A stretch of 61,885 nt of DNA, the filler included, from Sphacelaria rigidula (taxonomy: Eukaryota): the NCBI GenBank assembly GCA_964200075.2. It is 9 parts of 9 records of this genome, joined end to end, with 100 filler letters (N's around TTAATTAATTAA, not from the genome) between each part and the next. Parts side by side here need not be neighbours in the genome. Positions count along the whole stretch, not along the records: positions 20,665 to 27,451 come from CAXNAA020018078.1; positions 27,552 to 34,338 come from CAXNAA020018079.1; positions 34,439 to 41,225 come from CAXNAA020018080.1; 6 more parts are not named here. The stretch is one strand, 5' to 3'. The notes below the pieces were generated by a model that was given only the letters and a program-made list of their open reading frames with translations, made no database searches and was not told the DNA's origin. Numbering within the stretch: position 1 is the first letter of the stretch; each line of letters starts with the position of its first letter. Both the position numbers and the translations under genes were made by a program. Shown one piece after another: positions 24,401-36,776 of this stretch.

Positions 24401-25671
24401 AAAAAAAAAAAGAAAGATCCAGAGTTGCCTCAACAGGTTGATGAATCATGTCGTGCGATAAGAATGATTGCCGACTGCCGTTTTCGATGTATACCATGCT
24501 GTTTGCCACCTGAAAGTACTATTTTAGTAAAACACGCCACGGTGCATTTTCTGTTTATCTGTGCTTATGATGCAGTCTTTGGAGGTTCAAACGATGCTGT
24601 CGCTGCTGGTGTCACTGCTCGTCACCATTCCGCTGTGCTACGCTCCCGCGGCATTCGTGACGTTTCTCGTGAGAGAGCGAGCCTCCAAGAGCAAGCGGGT
24701 AAGCTCTGCGTATTTTCTACTGACAATATATGCTACAGTACATGCTTTCACCTTCCTGCAGGGAGTGTTTCCGTTTTGTTTCATTTCGAGCACGTCTATC
24801 GTGTGGATAATGACTAATGTGCGACAGCCAATCAATCAATGTCTATGGTGTAGATGCAGTCGCTACTGTCACCCATCTTGTCATTTTTTAACGTGGTTTG
24901 ACAAATTCGCATATCGCGTCACATCAAGTTTTTGCTCAGTTAATTACTATAGCGCACAGTTATGCACGTGGCTTCTTGTTGGCCCTGCCGTTTTGGGGCG
25001 GGTTGGAATGGTTGACGCAGCGTCCACGTAGAAATAGAAGGATCTGAGTCTACCGGGTTGGTGTCACGCAGATATCAGTGTCATACTTTACACCGCCAGT
25101 ACAGGGCGGAGTAAGCAGCAGTCTCCAGGAAAATACGGAGATGTTGTTGCGAATGCGACCATTGTGCTGACAGAGCCTGCGGCAGAGACAGCTGCGAGTC
25201 ACATGCCGTGTGATACAGACGCCCCCGAATACTCCAGTCAGACCCCTCAACCATGGATGTGGATGCTACACTTGCCATGCCCCAATAGTGGGTTTGGGAT
25301 TTTGTCTGATTTAGCGTCCGAGGTCCGCAAGAAGGCCATTACCGCATGCAAGTGCTATACTCCAAATGCCTGTGAGAGTGTCAGGCTATGTCTTCAAAAC
25401 AGACGGGAAAGCCTCGTTGGCCTTGAGAAATTAGGTTCCAACCCTCCCCCTCCTGGGCATATCAGAGGCGATGCGTAGCTGTGTTCAGCTTGTGATTTTC
25501 ATTCACAGCATTCCCCCATCGTGTGTTGATGTTATGCAGGTGCAGTTTGTGTCCGGAGCCAGTCCCTTGGCTTATTGGCTTTCGGCGTACCTGTGGGATG
25601 TGCTGCTTTTTATCGTGTTGACGGTGCTGGTAATGCTGGCCTTCCTTGCTTACGGCCGAGACTCGTCCAGG
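21445..25671 (+). CDS. Partial ABC transporter subfamily A (ABCA) gene, exocytoplasmic domain plus TMD; exons 21445-21636 (less certain), 22481-22659, 23251-23386, 24576-24698, 25540-25671
   Basis: Phase-consistent GT-AG junctions rebuild ABCA motifs TVMFNTTAPHALG, SHPLPLTATE and FLVRERASKSKR|VQFVSGASPLAYWLSAYLWD. Confidence 0.9.
23455..23620 (-). mobile_element. 3' part of SINE family A (ABCA intron)
   Basis: CTCGGGACGAGTCCG...GCATTTGTCACTGAGGATTGG, similar to 39990-40120. Confidence 0.7.
23656..23909. mobile_element. MITE with TIR TGCTACGGTA
   Basis: TGCTACGGTAGGGGTTGCACA...TGTGCGCCTTTACCGTAGCA. Same family as 11470-11716. Confidence 0.7.
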
Positions 25672-26099
25672 GTGAGTGCAACCCACACTTCAGAGTCATA
25701 CTCAAGGCTAAATACGGCCGGTACAGGTGTCCTCGTCAACTCGTTGTCGGGTCGGCATGTAGTCGAACCCTCTACTGTCGGGTAATTTTTGTGGATCTTG
25801 TCAACACGAAGACCGCACGCAGTGCATCCGTTTGTGTCACCTTGTCTTCCGCGCTTCCTCGTTCACGCCGGGCAGTTTATGATCAGGGATCGTGTACCGT
25901 GCACCCCTGGATTCCGTCGCTGCCTGGAGAATGTCGGGCTGTGTGTAGCTCATATAATCTCTAGATACAGCTCGACTATGCTGGAACCCCGCACAATAGG
26001 GTGTGGTCATTATGCCATTACTTGAAAACAGTGTAGCCATCGCCCCCCCGGTGATGTAACGTGCACTGCAGTGTACACCAATGGCCGGTTTGAGGGGAG

Positions 26100-26472
26100 A
26101 GGCTGTTGTGTGTCTGTGTTTGTTGTCGTCCCTTCTACTCTAAAGACCGGTCTATGCCTTTCGGTACGTGTGGGCACATCACCCGGGGTCACACAGGAGG
26201 AAGGTCAACACAGGAGCTTTTTCTCTTGTAATTGTTTTGAGTACCCCGCCTGCCTTTTGCGGTGCTTGCCTTTATTCTTTTTCATCGCGAGAGGGGTTCA
26301 GCAGTCCCTTTCCCTCGTCGACCGTCAAGTCGAATTTCGTGTACCCATGACATAGTCGTTCTCCACTGTTGGGTATGGTGTGAGAAAAATCCCAGATCTC
26401 TCCGAGAATTGAACCCACGACCCAACCGTCAGAAGGTCTCGAGGTCACCAACTGAGCCACCGGGGCGACCGG
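26100..26472 (-). mobile_element. Full-length tRNA-derived SINE family B
   Basis: Head GGTCGCCCCGGTGGCTCAGTTGG...GGGTTCAATTCTCGG (box A/B) and an (ACA/CA)-rich tail. Copies at 45152(+), 53195(-) and 41170(+). Confidence 0.88.
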
Positions 26473-26873
26473 TTGTGGGTTGGAATCCCGACCCGACAGG
26501 CTGGTGTTTTCGACCAGCATCTGATCGCCGTCGATAAAATCGGTAGGACGCAAGCCGAAAATTAAATTCTACGAAAGTTCACGGGGTGCGGAAGTGGTGA
26601 TTCTCATGGTCATGGTCCAATCCCCGGTACGAAAATGTCAGATGAGTGCCGGAGGAGAGAAGGTGTTGATTCCTTTAGATTACGGATTCATCCCGAGGAA
26701 AGGGAGGACTTGAAAGTACGATGGGGGGACACTACGTATGTGCACACATACATGGTGGTGCACCGCACTTCTAGGGATCGCACTATGTAGGGGATGTAAC
26801 TGTACCCAACTTTACGGGCACTAGTCACTATTAATAGTGCGAATTTGGGACGGTCATTCCCAGTAGAGTCGAC

Positions 26874-27164
26874 CGGCGTTGGGCTACGAATGCCCATGGT
26901 TGACACATTACTTGATTTGAGTGTCTACAACGTGAATCGTATCTTCAGTAGGGCTGATAATCCCGTGTGCTCCTCGCGTGCGCAGACCGCGTTTTCGTTG
27001 AAATCGGCGCCACAGGCGCCGATTTGGGGTCTACCAAGGCCGCACTCTGCCTAGGGAATGCTATGTACCGTCCTTGCCTGAAGGTTCTCGGTACGCCTTG
27101 GGTTGGGGTTAGGCAGCGACACTTGTAAAAGGTGTCAACCATGGGCATTTGTAGCCGAACGCCG
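26874..27164. mobile_element. MITE with 33-bp TIRs (ATGGTTGAC core)
   Basis: CGGCGTTGGGCTACGAATGCCCATGGTTGACAC versus GTGTCAACCATGGGCATTTGTAGCCGAACGCCG. Internal TTGGGTTGGGGTTAGG. Confidence 0.85.
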
Positions 27165-28994
27165 CTTAACTAGCCTCGTCATTCGTGTCGAATTATTGCG
27201 TTAGTGTTCTTCAGCTCCTCTTTTACGAGGAAATTGCTCCACACATGAATTGAGTATTATTTTTCGGCACGTGCTCCTCCCCTCGTAAACATGGCTTGTG
27301 TTCAAATCAATGTACAACATGCTTCAGTGTTGGAGGTGATTGAAGAACGAATATCTGTCCGTACCGTAATCATTTCCCCGTACCCCCCCCCCCCCCCCCC
27401 CCCCCCACCCCCCCCCACCCCCCCCCCCCCCCCCCCCCCCCCCACCCCCCCNNNNNNNNNNNNNNNNNNNNNNNNNNNNNNNNNNNNNNNNNNNNTTAAT
27501 TAATTAANNNNNNNNNNNNNNNNNNNNNNNNNNNNNNNNNNNNNNNNNNNNTCTTTTTTCTTTTTTCCTTTTTTTTTTTTTTTTTACTTCACAAGAAGAA
27601 GGAGGGGGGGGGGGGGGGGGGGGGGGGGGGTTGTGGCCGTCAATGCTTTTCTAGTTGTTCGGTGAAGCCGATTAACTGCAAAAACATCGATTAACTGGCG
27701 TGACCGCTTTAAGATTGACTGATCAGAGTCGCCAGTTCCCAGCCCTACAAATTTGTGATGTTTGCTTGCGAGAATATCGCCTCACGTTCAGACGCAAATT
27801 CGCCTTAACTGCACTAGTGCGAGTGCGCCAGAGTCTATCTCTAACCCTAGAACGCTGGCCCAGAAAGTTTCTGTGCACCCCTTCCGTAGCATGACTCAAA
27901 ACCAACAGCCAGTTAGTGCGGAAGGTTGCGGTTTCTTCGGGGAGAATCTGGTTTCCGTCCTTGAAAATGTGACGATGCGAGAACTGGAAGGAAAAAAAAA
28001 TCGACGAGAGGCGACGGGGTGCGAAAGTGTCATGATCCAATCCTCGATGGCAAAATGCCAGACAGGTATACGGGGAGAGATGGCTTAACCACGTGAGACA
28101 GCGGACTCGTCCCGACGAAGGGGAGGGGTAAAAAGCGTGACGGAATAAACAAATGAGAAAAAAAAAAACATACATGAACAGATAGAGCACACATCGCACA
28201 TCCATCCACGGATGCTGTGGCGAAGCCACAAACTTCGTTCGGCTGTCAATCACAGAAAAAAAAAGGGGAGCAGCAAAGCTTGAGAAACAAAATGCATCGC
28301 GAGGAAAGTGGATGGGTCGCCAGGAACACCCCTCGTAGTCCCATCTCTTTAGTTTAATACCCGCAGTCGAAAAATACAGCACGCAGGCCTCCGTCCTGTC
28401 TGCAGAGTGAAACGCATTGGAAAATACAGTATGGGCGTCTCCCTTTGAGGTGATGACTTTTAAGCGAGTGGCCACACGATAGCGCTGCGATCAAAGGATC
28501 GCATAAAACTCTCATCCCCCGAAGATATTTCACGCAATTACCCCGAACAGTTGAATGCGGGCTTCCACCGCAATGCGGTCAAAACGGGCTCGCACTTCAA
28601 TCTCTGCAACATCGACTCGCACTACAGTTTAACTCAAACGTGGGACCCCCCCTCCCTCCCCTCCACACCCTCGTCGTCCCCCATGGTACTATATACCCCT
28701 CTTGAGCAGCGTTTCGTTCCAAGCTCCAAGCTCCTAAATTTCACGGGAAAATATCCTAATCGCTCATCACGGACCAACAGGGAACAGAATAGGGAGAATC
28801 TCACCACCTGCAAACTCCAGAGGGAGAGGGGGGGGAAAACAAAGCCTGACACTGGCTGCTGTGCTCAAAATTTGAAACACGGAGAAAAAAGCACGCACGC
28901 ACGCACGCACAACACTTAGTGCCAGATATCAAGGATATTCGTATCGAAGACATCAATTTTTGCTCCTCGCAGCCACCCACCACCACGATAAAGT

Positions 28995-30074
28995 TTAGCT
29001 ACCGATTATTCTTGACAGGATCTCGGTCCGGGGAATACCGGTGGCGAGCTCCACGAACGGGACAGCGAGGACGAACGCCAGACCTCCCAAAAGCACGGGA
29101 CCTAAGGGCCTGGAGGTACGCATAAAAATGAGCCAAGGAAACGGTGGGGGGAGGGAGGGGGGTACTCATGATCTTGCGTGCCAAAGTCATATATATGACC
29201 ATTGACCTCGTATACATCCCTACGAAGCCGGGACGGAGAACCCCGACCTTTTGCCGAACCAGGCTCGCAATCACTGAGCGCGAAGCGCTGTGATGTACTC
29301 GGCGAGTGGCATGAGGGGTGAGCTGCATCCTGTTCAGATTGTTCGGCCTGGAGCGTACTGATCATCTTGCATATGGATGACAGCCTCAAATGAGTTGCCT
29401 TCATTTTCTGATATCGTCACTTCCAGAGACAGCCACGGGTTACGCGCTGCCTCACGGGTGTCTTACCCTTCCAACAATACATAGTACGATCACTCCCTTT
29501 ATGCGGAGTTCAGGTTCTCCCACCCTACACAAAATGATCTAGCTCAACCACCGTCACGGCTACAGCAAATCAGAACGCAAGCGACAAATTACCGGCAACC
29601 TGGTTCTCTAGCTTACGCAGTGAGTGGTGTGTTTCACAGCGTCGTTGCAAACCGTCGCCAACCGTCAGGGGAGAGCGGGCGGGGCGGGGTGGGTTGGGGA
29701 GAAGGGGCTTGCGGTGCTCAATAATTAATGTGAAATGACTATTGCGCGAGAAGAGCACAATCTCCACGGAGTCCTGCCGGCCATACCTTACAACCCTGAC
29801 CGAATACACAACATCCGGAGGGGTTTCTGTCGGCAGAGAACTTCTCACTGTTGCACGGTAGGTGAGAGGGCGCAACAGGAGACGGGATCGTTGTGTAACG
29901 GGACATGTATTGACAACATAAGGCCTGTACTTCGTGGGAAAGCTGAAAACATAAATGAAATGTATATATAATATGAAAATCAAGTCAAATTTTCCCCGAT
30001 AAAACCATCGGTCTTCAAAACAAGTTAAAGAATGAAAATAATTGCCGCAACACTTCTCCGCAAACGCGCCCCAT

Positions 30075-30105
<31 letters not shown>

Positions 30106-32393
30106 AGAGGCCCCGGGAAAGAGGGAACACCCCAGGCCACGACAAAACAAGGAGCACCCCCCCCCCCACCCCGCTCCNNNNNNNNNNCCCGACTCCGTCT
30201 CGAAAGGGATGCGTGGTCAATGGTCAAACGACTAAGGCAAGCAACACATGAGAACGCCCCCCCCCGACACCGTTCCTCTCCCCTCCCTCCGAAAAAAGAC
30301 AAAAATCAATAAATGTGTGTATCGGATATAAAGGCTTCCGAAGATGAGATCAGCTAAGAAAATACGTGGATGTTCGAAAACGATGAGTAGTACAGCATTG
30401 AGAGCAGAATCGGGAATGTATCACTTCGAACGAGCAGACACGTGAGAAAATTGAAATGACCACATGCGTAAGAACATGCAAATAAAGAGATTGCCGGCGA
30501 TAGTTGATAGGGTTGTATGGAAGAATATGACGAAAGGGCGGGCTGGAGTAAGGTGGGATAGAGAAGTCGAGAACGTATGGAAGGAGATAGAAGGAAACCC
30601 AGACGAGATAATGTCTATCGGTGAATGTGGGAGGTACAACACAAGAGTAGAATACATGATGGAAAAAAGGGAAAAAGAAGCGCTAGAACAGAAAGTAGAC
30701 GAGGAATAACACCCAAAGATATACGGGGGGTTGAGAGAGGGAATCGGGATGATAACATATCTGCATGGCCCAATGGACTCCGCGAAAAAAACAAGACTGC
30801 GATTTCGGGTGGGGGGCCTGGACCTGCCAGAAAGAAGTGAGTGATTTACCAGTAGTCGAGAGGAGGAGGAAGTAGATGCATAGAAATGCCGCTGTGGCAA
30901 AGCAATAGAGAGTAGAACTCACTTAGGGCCCTTCTGAACGAAGGGGATTATCCCCTTTTCCACAATTCCCTTTTGACAGGGGATTGGCCTCATGACGACC
31001 AGTCCCGAGTCCTATCGACAAGCAGTTTTGTACGAATTGGAACCCAGATCTGCACGCAGGTTGACGAATGCGGCAGGTCTGGAAGTGGTCGTTAGTCCAA
31101 ACAGGTCCAAGGTATGTGTAATGCTGCAGACAAGACACAACAAGGCAACGCAACATCTACACACCCAGTCCCGAAAAAAAAACGCACAGACACCCACCAC
31201 TCACGCGCATCAGATTCACTGCTAGGCCTTGCTAATCTACACACGGCAGTCTTTGTTTGACAGAAATCCGTTCTGTATTGGACGAATGGCGGCCGCATGC
31301 GTGTCAAAAACAACCGAAAACGTGTCGTTGCTGACCGTTTTGTAAGCGTGTGCTGCACGCGCGTCTCACACAAATCATCATTTCTCAACGAATTCTGAAC
31401 AGATTTGAGCAAGGTCACACACAACGTGCACATCTGATGAGCAGCCAGGGCTCGAGCTGTCTGTTTTTGGTTTGCGGGGCCACCAAGTTTCTCAGGTTCA
31501 GCTCTGATAGTGTTAGGCTGTGTGGTAAACCTTTGCATGTGCCCCTGTCAACCGGACACGTAAGTCCCCCTTCGAGGTATTCGGAAATCCCATTTTGAAA
31601 AGAGGATTTATGTGCACGTTGAGGGGATTGTTTTCGAGGGGGTGGTATCGCAGCGACCGATCACTGGTCGTTTTTGGAAAAGGGGATTTTGAAAAAGGGG
31701 ATTATCCCCTTCGTTCAGAAGGGCCCTTAGTGGCATGATGTGAACTATAAAAGGAGGGACGGGACGTGCTAGAGGGGGAAATGCAGGACGTGAACGAAGG
31801 CGGCATGAATTCGTTTGATGCATTAGACAGTAGGGAGAAAACGATGGTCATACTAGGAGATAGATGATGGCCAGAGACGGCGAAACAGGACGGGATAAGA
31901 TACGTTGAAGGTTCTGTGCAATGTATGGAAGAAACGCAATGAGCACCGGAATGTTGGAGGTGTTTCTATTAGGCGTAGGAACGGCGCTCCGTCTCGAAAG
32001 GGATGCGTGGTCAATGGTCGAACGACTAAGCCAAGCAACAAATGAGTACGCCCCCCCCTCCCTTTCCCAAATATAATAATGATCACTTCCTCGCGTAAAC
32101 AGAAACAAAAAACGGAAAAAATAGAAGCTTGATGCTGGTTGTATTTGGGAAGGAAAACACTATCGTTCCCTGTTTGGGCCATACCTGGTGTATGCAATGA
32201 TGTAGCTCATGGTCATCGTATCGCTCTTCGCATTGGCTGCGCCGCCGAACCCCCGAGGCCGAACGGCGAGGAGATTCGGATTGCGGGTCACCATGCCCTT
32301 GGTATCCTCGGGGTCGAAGACCTCGCAGAACGCCTCGAACGTCTCCCGGAAAATGGTCGAGTCATATCCGAGGCAGTTCGGTACCGCCTTCAC
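28995..32393 (-). CDS. Last two exons (32393-32185 and 29109-28995) of an uncharacterised algal protein with a C-terminal TM helix, possibly plastid-located
   Basis: GACAG|GTG...CAG|GTATGG and CTCCAG|G, phase-2 junction. Product: VKAVPNCLGYDSTIFRETFEAFCEVFDPEDTKGMVTRNPNLLAVRP...MSYIIAYTRPLGPVLLGGLAFVLAVPFVELATGIPRTEILSRIIGS*. Confidence 0.82.
29145..29400 (-). mobile_element. LINE 3'-end fragment, family D (ends GATCATGAGTAC + C-tract)
   Basis: Homologous to 48880-49075(+), 49870-49970(+), 49460-49512(-) and 20665-20740(+). Confidence 0.75.
29390..29700 (-). repeat. Dispersed repeat family F (unclassified); copies at 48213-48500(+) and 50000-50140(+)
   Basis: Shared ACGACGCTGTGAAACRCACCACTCACTGCGTAAGC (29390 and 48213 copies) and GGAGAACCT..ACTCCGC-like blocks. 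Confidence 0.7.
30330..32062 (+). mobile_element. 5'-truncated degenerate LINE (family C): ORF2 C-terminus with CCHC zinc finger, split by a MITE
   Basis: RLPAIVDR...LRFRVGGLDLPER...KCRCGKAIESRTH|LVA*C is restored on removing the MITE. Ends CAACAAATGAGTACG(C)n. Related pieces at 30190-30266, 34950-35478 and 36826-36890. Confidence 0.82.
30926..31726. mobile_element. PIF/Harbinger-type (Tourist-like) non-autonomous element
   Basis: ~34-bp TIR GGGCCCTTCTGAACGAAGGGGATWATCCCCTTTT. TTA target duplication at 30923-30925 and 31727-31729. Confidence 0.92.
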
Positions 32394-32556
32394 CTGTCGC
32401 ATTATCCACAAACATATCGAAAGCCAAAGTAAACCAATCGCGTGTAAATGTCACAGTGCACGGCGAGAACCATTTGCAGTGTATGTATCATGACCATCGT
32501 GACTTCGCACCCGCAGACTCCCATGCGTACAGCGACTACAAACAAGTGAACAATTT

Positions 32557-32727
32557 CACACCTTGGACAATATGGTCAATAGTTGCGATAGACGCGAAGT
32601 GTACTGCACAAAGTACAGGCCTATTGCGACTATTGTCGGCCGGCAATAGTTGCAACGGGCATTATATACTTTATGCAGTACACTTCTCGTCTATTGCATC
32701 TTTTGACCATATATTGTCCGGGGTGTG
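32557..32727. mobile_element. Hairpin hAT-like MITE
   Basis: CACACCTTGGACAATATGGTCA...TGACCATATATTGTCCGGGGTGTG. 8-bp TSD AACAATTT / AACACTTT. Second copy at ~36124-36296. Confidence 0.85.
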
Positions 32728-34949
32728 AACACTTTCCACTCTTGTGCTCTTTTCTTCATCCATGCTGGGCTGAGGGACGACATTTTTTACCATTGTGCTT
32801 CTTCTTTTTTTCCTCACCATACTGCACTTAGGGACGGGAACCCCGCTGCTGTGCGTACGAAGCCAAGTCTTCCGTTTGTTTGTTTATTTGTTTGTGTTTT
32901 TGTGCTCACGTTCTTCTCTGTCAATGAATATCGGGTCGATAGTTTACTTTCGATTTTGTACGTTTGTCCTTGACTTCGACGAGCAGCACAACACCATATA
33001 CGTACTATAGGAGCCATCAATTTTCTCGCACAAGTCGTGCAGTGAATTGCTTCATCACACCAGTCCTCGTACACCCCGGGGCGAGACGGTGATGCGAACC
33101 GTGGTCCTTTGTTTCACTATTGTCGAACGCACCACTTCTCCTATAAGGAAGGGGGGGGGGGGGGGGGGCACAGGAATTACGGGGTTTTTTTTTTTGTTTN
33201 NNNNNNNNNGGGTGTTGGTGGTTGTGGATTGTTTCTTGTGGCGTCGGGCACACATCATCAATTGAAAGGTGGGAGGGGGAGGGAGGGGGGGGGGGCATCA
33301 GGAATTACGGCGTATTGTTTTCGATGTACCACCATATTTCATGTGAATGAGGTCACAACAGAGGTAATTTTTGGATTTGATTTTCTCGTTCTTCCCCATC
33401 CCCCATCCTCGGGACGAGTCTTCCCCAGTCTCAAAAAGAGATCAACCGATCTCGTCCCCCCTGAATACAAATCACTGGGGTACAGTAGGAGCGTTGGAAA
33501 ATAACAAGGTTTGGCCGAACGAGGCACGCAGCAGACCTTTGACTAGGTCGAGATAGCAGAGTACACTTTATTTTATTTCTTTTCGCGATCATCCACCATT
33601 CTTCTCGTGTATGCTGACATCTTTGTGCATGGACACATGGCCACATGCACAGCGTACGCGATCACCGCTACTGCTTCGCTGCGTCGAGACAGTAGTATGA
33701 TACTTGCTGCGGCGACTGCACGAACATCTATGGTACACGCGGCATATATATATGCAAGGCACTGCATCTCCATCCCGAAAAAAATATTTCGCGAACCCTG
33801 TCCGTTCAGCGTCAACCAGTGGGGTGCGGGTGTTCGGATGGGTTGTGACGGCTTCATTTCTTCGGTCCACTGAATAAAATAAAATAATAAAAACGACTAC
33901 AAAAATGGGGACGACACGCAGAACACTCACGTACTTCCGACAGCGGTTTGCCACATGTCGTTCACGTGTGAATGGGATCCGACTCGCGATAGTTCTCGAC
34001 CGAGCGTCGAATGGGCCCCCCCAACACACCAGCTTGCAAAATGATGATTGGGCCGGGGTGCTGTGCTGTACACAATCGGTTCAGTCGCGTTTTAGGAACA
34101 CGAATCATGCAATAGGGACACATCTACAGCGAACTGTACAGCGCAAAGCAAAACTGTACACGCTGCACCTCGTAGACATTCCGCTCCATACCTCCTTCTC
34201 GAGACAACAAACAAACTACTGTGTCACCCCCTCATAACAAAATTTTCCGCTTCCTTCCTTTCCCCCCCCCCCCCCCCCCGACAACGAAGGAGATCGAGAA
34301 AGAGACGGTAAGGAAGGGAGGATGGAGGAGTAAAGAGTNNNNNNNNNNNNNNNNNNNNNNNNNNNNNNNNNNNNNNNNNNNNTTAATTAATTAANNNNNN
34401 NNNNNNNNNNNNNNNNNNNNNNNNNNNNNNNNNNNNNNGCAATACCGGCTGTGCCATCATGTACTACCACACGGCATTATCATGTACTGTACTGATGAAG
34501 TGTCCTGCACTGTACTACCCTAGGGTACCAAGGTACGACACTGTACTCGGAAGGATTGTTCACCCCCTGCCTACTCTTCGGCTTCATGCACGAGTACGCA
34601 GTACCACACTCATGCAGAAAATGACCGTCTGTGTACAAAACCGTTTCACAAATCTGTGATGCTGTACCGTCTGTGGCATAAAACGGTCGCCCCGATTTTG
34701 AGTCCACGAATTTGAGTCCCTCCGATTGTTCAAAATCGGGATCCCCAAAAAATCGAGATCCGTTGCCATAAAAGTGGGTCTTAGTCTACTATTATATGTC
34801 GTTTTGTTCTACTTTTTTCTTCTGTTTCTTTTTTTTTTTCAGCGATTGTTTCAGTTTTGTTGTGTCTGGAGTACGTCTACTATGCGACCACGCCTGGATC
34901 ATGACTACCTGGTGGGTCAATTAAAGTGCGACAATCAACCAATCAATCA

Positions 34950-35478
34950 AAAACGACGAGTATGACAGTAGTGAGAGCGGAATCGGAATTGTACCTACTT
35001 GAAACAAACAGAGACATGAGAAAAATCGAAGTGGTGATATACCGTGAGGATTGTGTCAAGAAAGAGATTGTCAAACATACTCGACAGGGCTGTATGAAAG
35101 CAAGTGACGAAAGGGCAGGCGGGAATAAAGGTGGGATAGCGTACTCGAAAAAGTATGGACATAGATAGGATGAAACCAAGACAATGTAACGTCCATGGGT
35201 GAAGGCGCGGGGTACAAGACAAAAGTAAGAGGCATGACAGAAATAAGGGGGAAACAAGCGCTGAGAGGAAAAGGAGACAAGGAAGAGCTTCTCAAGATAT
35301 ACCAGAAATTAAGAGAAGGGACAGGGATGAAAAAAAATCTGCACGGCCGAATGGACTACGCGGAAAAGCTGAAAGTGAGATTTCGGGTGGGAGACCTGGA
35401 CCTACCAGAAAGAAGAAAGGGGTGAGTGGTCAATGATCAAATGACTAAGGCAAGCAACAAATGAGTACACCCCCCTCT
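34950..35478 (+). mobile_element. Internally deleted LINE family C fragment
   Basis: LKIYQKLREGTGMKKNLHGRMDYAEKLKVRFRVGDLDLPERRK followed by the family 3' terminus. Confidence 0.8.
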
Positions 35479-36776
35479 CAACTTTGGCATAAACGGTCGC
35501 TATTCCTTCCTCTACCGCTAGTATAGCATCGTATACTTGTCTGAGGCTTCCATGGCTAAGAAAGCCCCGGTGACGGTATCGACGATCGCATCGATTGTAG
35601 CTAGCGGCGCCGTCGCTGATTTCTCGCGACAGCTCGCATAGCGCCCCCACTTCCCCACACATTTTGCCAACTCCAATTTCGAGCGGACTAATGCCGAGAT
35701 AGCCCCCCCCACAAAAAGTGCACCGGAGACCGTCCGACGAATCGGCTGCGATCCCACTATTGGGGCTCGTTTGCAGCAATTCGCCCACATGAGAGGCGTG
35801 TAGCGGTCCGAATCAGCTACAACGCCCAAATGAGTCGCGTCGTGCAGCACGAAACCAGCTCTGACGGCGTTTATGATCATCGCCCTCGTGCAACTTTTTG
35901 GCCGATTCGGGGGGGGGGGGGGGGGGGCTCCCGGCCGCGCGGAGGGGGTTTTTTTTTTGGGTGCAAGGGGGGAGAGGGAAATATGTNNNNNNNNNNCGGC
36001 CGCGCACGCGTCCCCGCGTCTGGGGGGGGTGTCCGCGGCGGGCCTGTGGGGGGGTGGGGGGGGGGGGGGGGGGGGGGGGGGGGGGCTATCTCGGCCGCAG
36101 TCAGCGGTTGTTCTTCATGTGCTCACGTGCTGATAGGTTTATATGTTCAATAGATGCAATAGACGTTAAGTGTACTGCATAGAGTATAGGCCTTTCTACA
36201 ATTATTGCAGGCAGACAATAGTCGCAATAGGCCTATACTTTATGCAGTACGTTTCTTGTCTATCGGAACTAGTGACCATATATTGTCCAAGGCGTGAAAT
36301 CCTAGTCCCAGCACGGGTTTGACGTGGGAACTGCACCTGCGGGTGGGGGTGATGCGCCAGAAGATGACGGTGTGGTCAACGACGGATATTCCCTGTCATG
36401 GTTCTTATTGTTCCCGTCGCGGTTCCTTTGCGAAGCCGCGGCGCCCTTCCAAATACGGCCACCACACCCTCTCCGGTGACCCTCGAGGAGAAGTACTTGC
36501 CACGAACTGTTGGTCCCGGTTTGCACAAGGGAAACAATCCGGCCATAGTAGATGGGGTCAAGAGCAGTATCGCCTTCATGGGGCATTAGTCGTGAGCTTG
36601 ACGGTAACTATATACTCTGAAGTACAACACCCTTTACCTGCACCTCAGCAGCGATTCTCTCGACAATCGTAAAAAATTCTCCTGGAGTATCCCCAGCCTT
36701 GTACTCTTCCGCTGCACATTTTTTCGTACAAGGTAACACCACCTCCAAGGGTGTTGGGCGAGTTGTGCCACTCTAC

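Noticed and set aside
35402..36720. Minus-strand ORFs 35518-35880 and 36302-36586, and possible exon 36638-36711
   Set aside because: No recognisable domain and no phase-consistent exon chain. May be a decayed gag-like relic.
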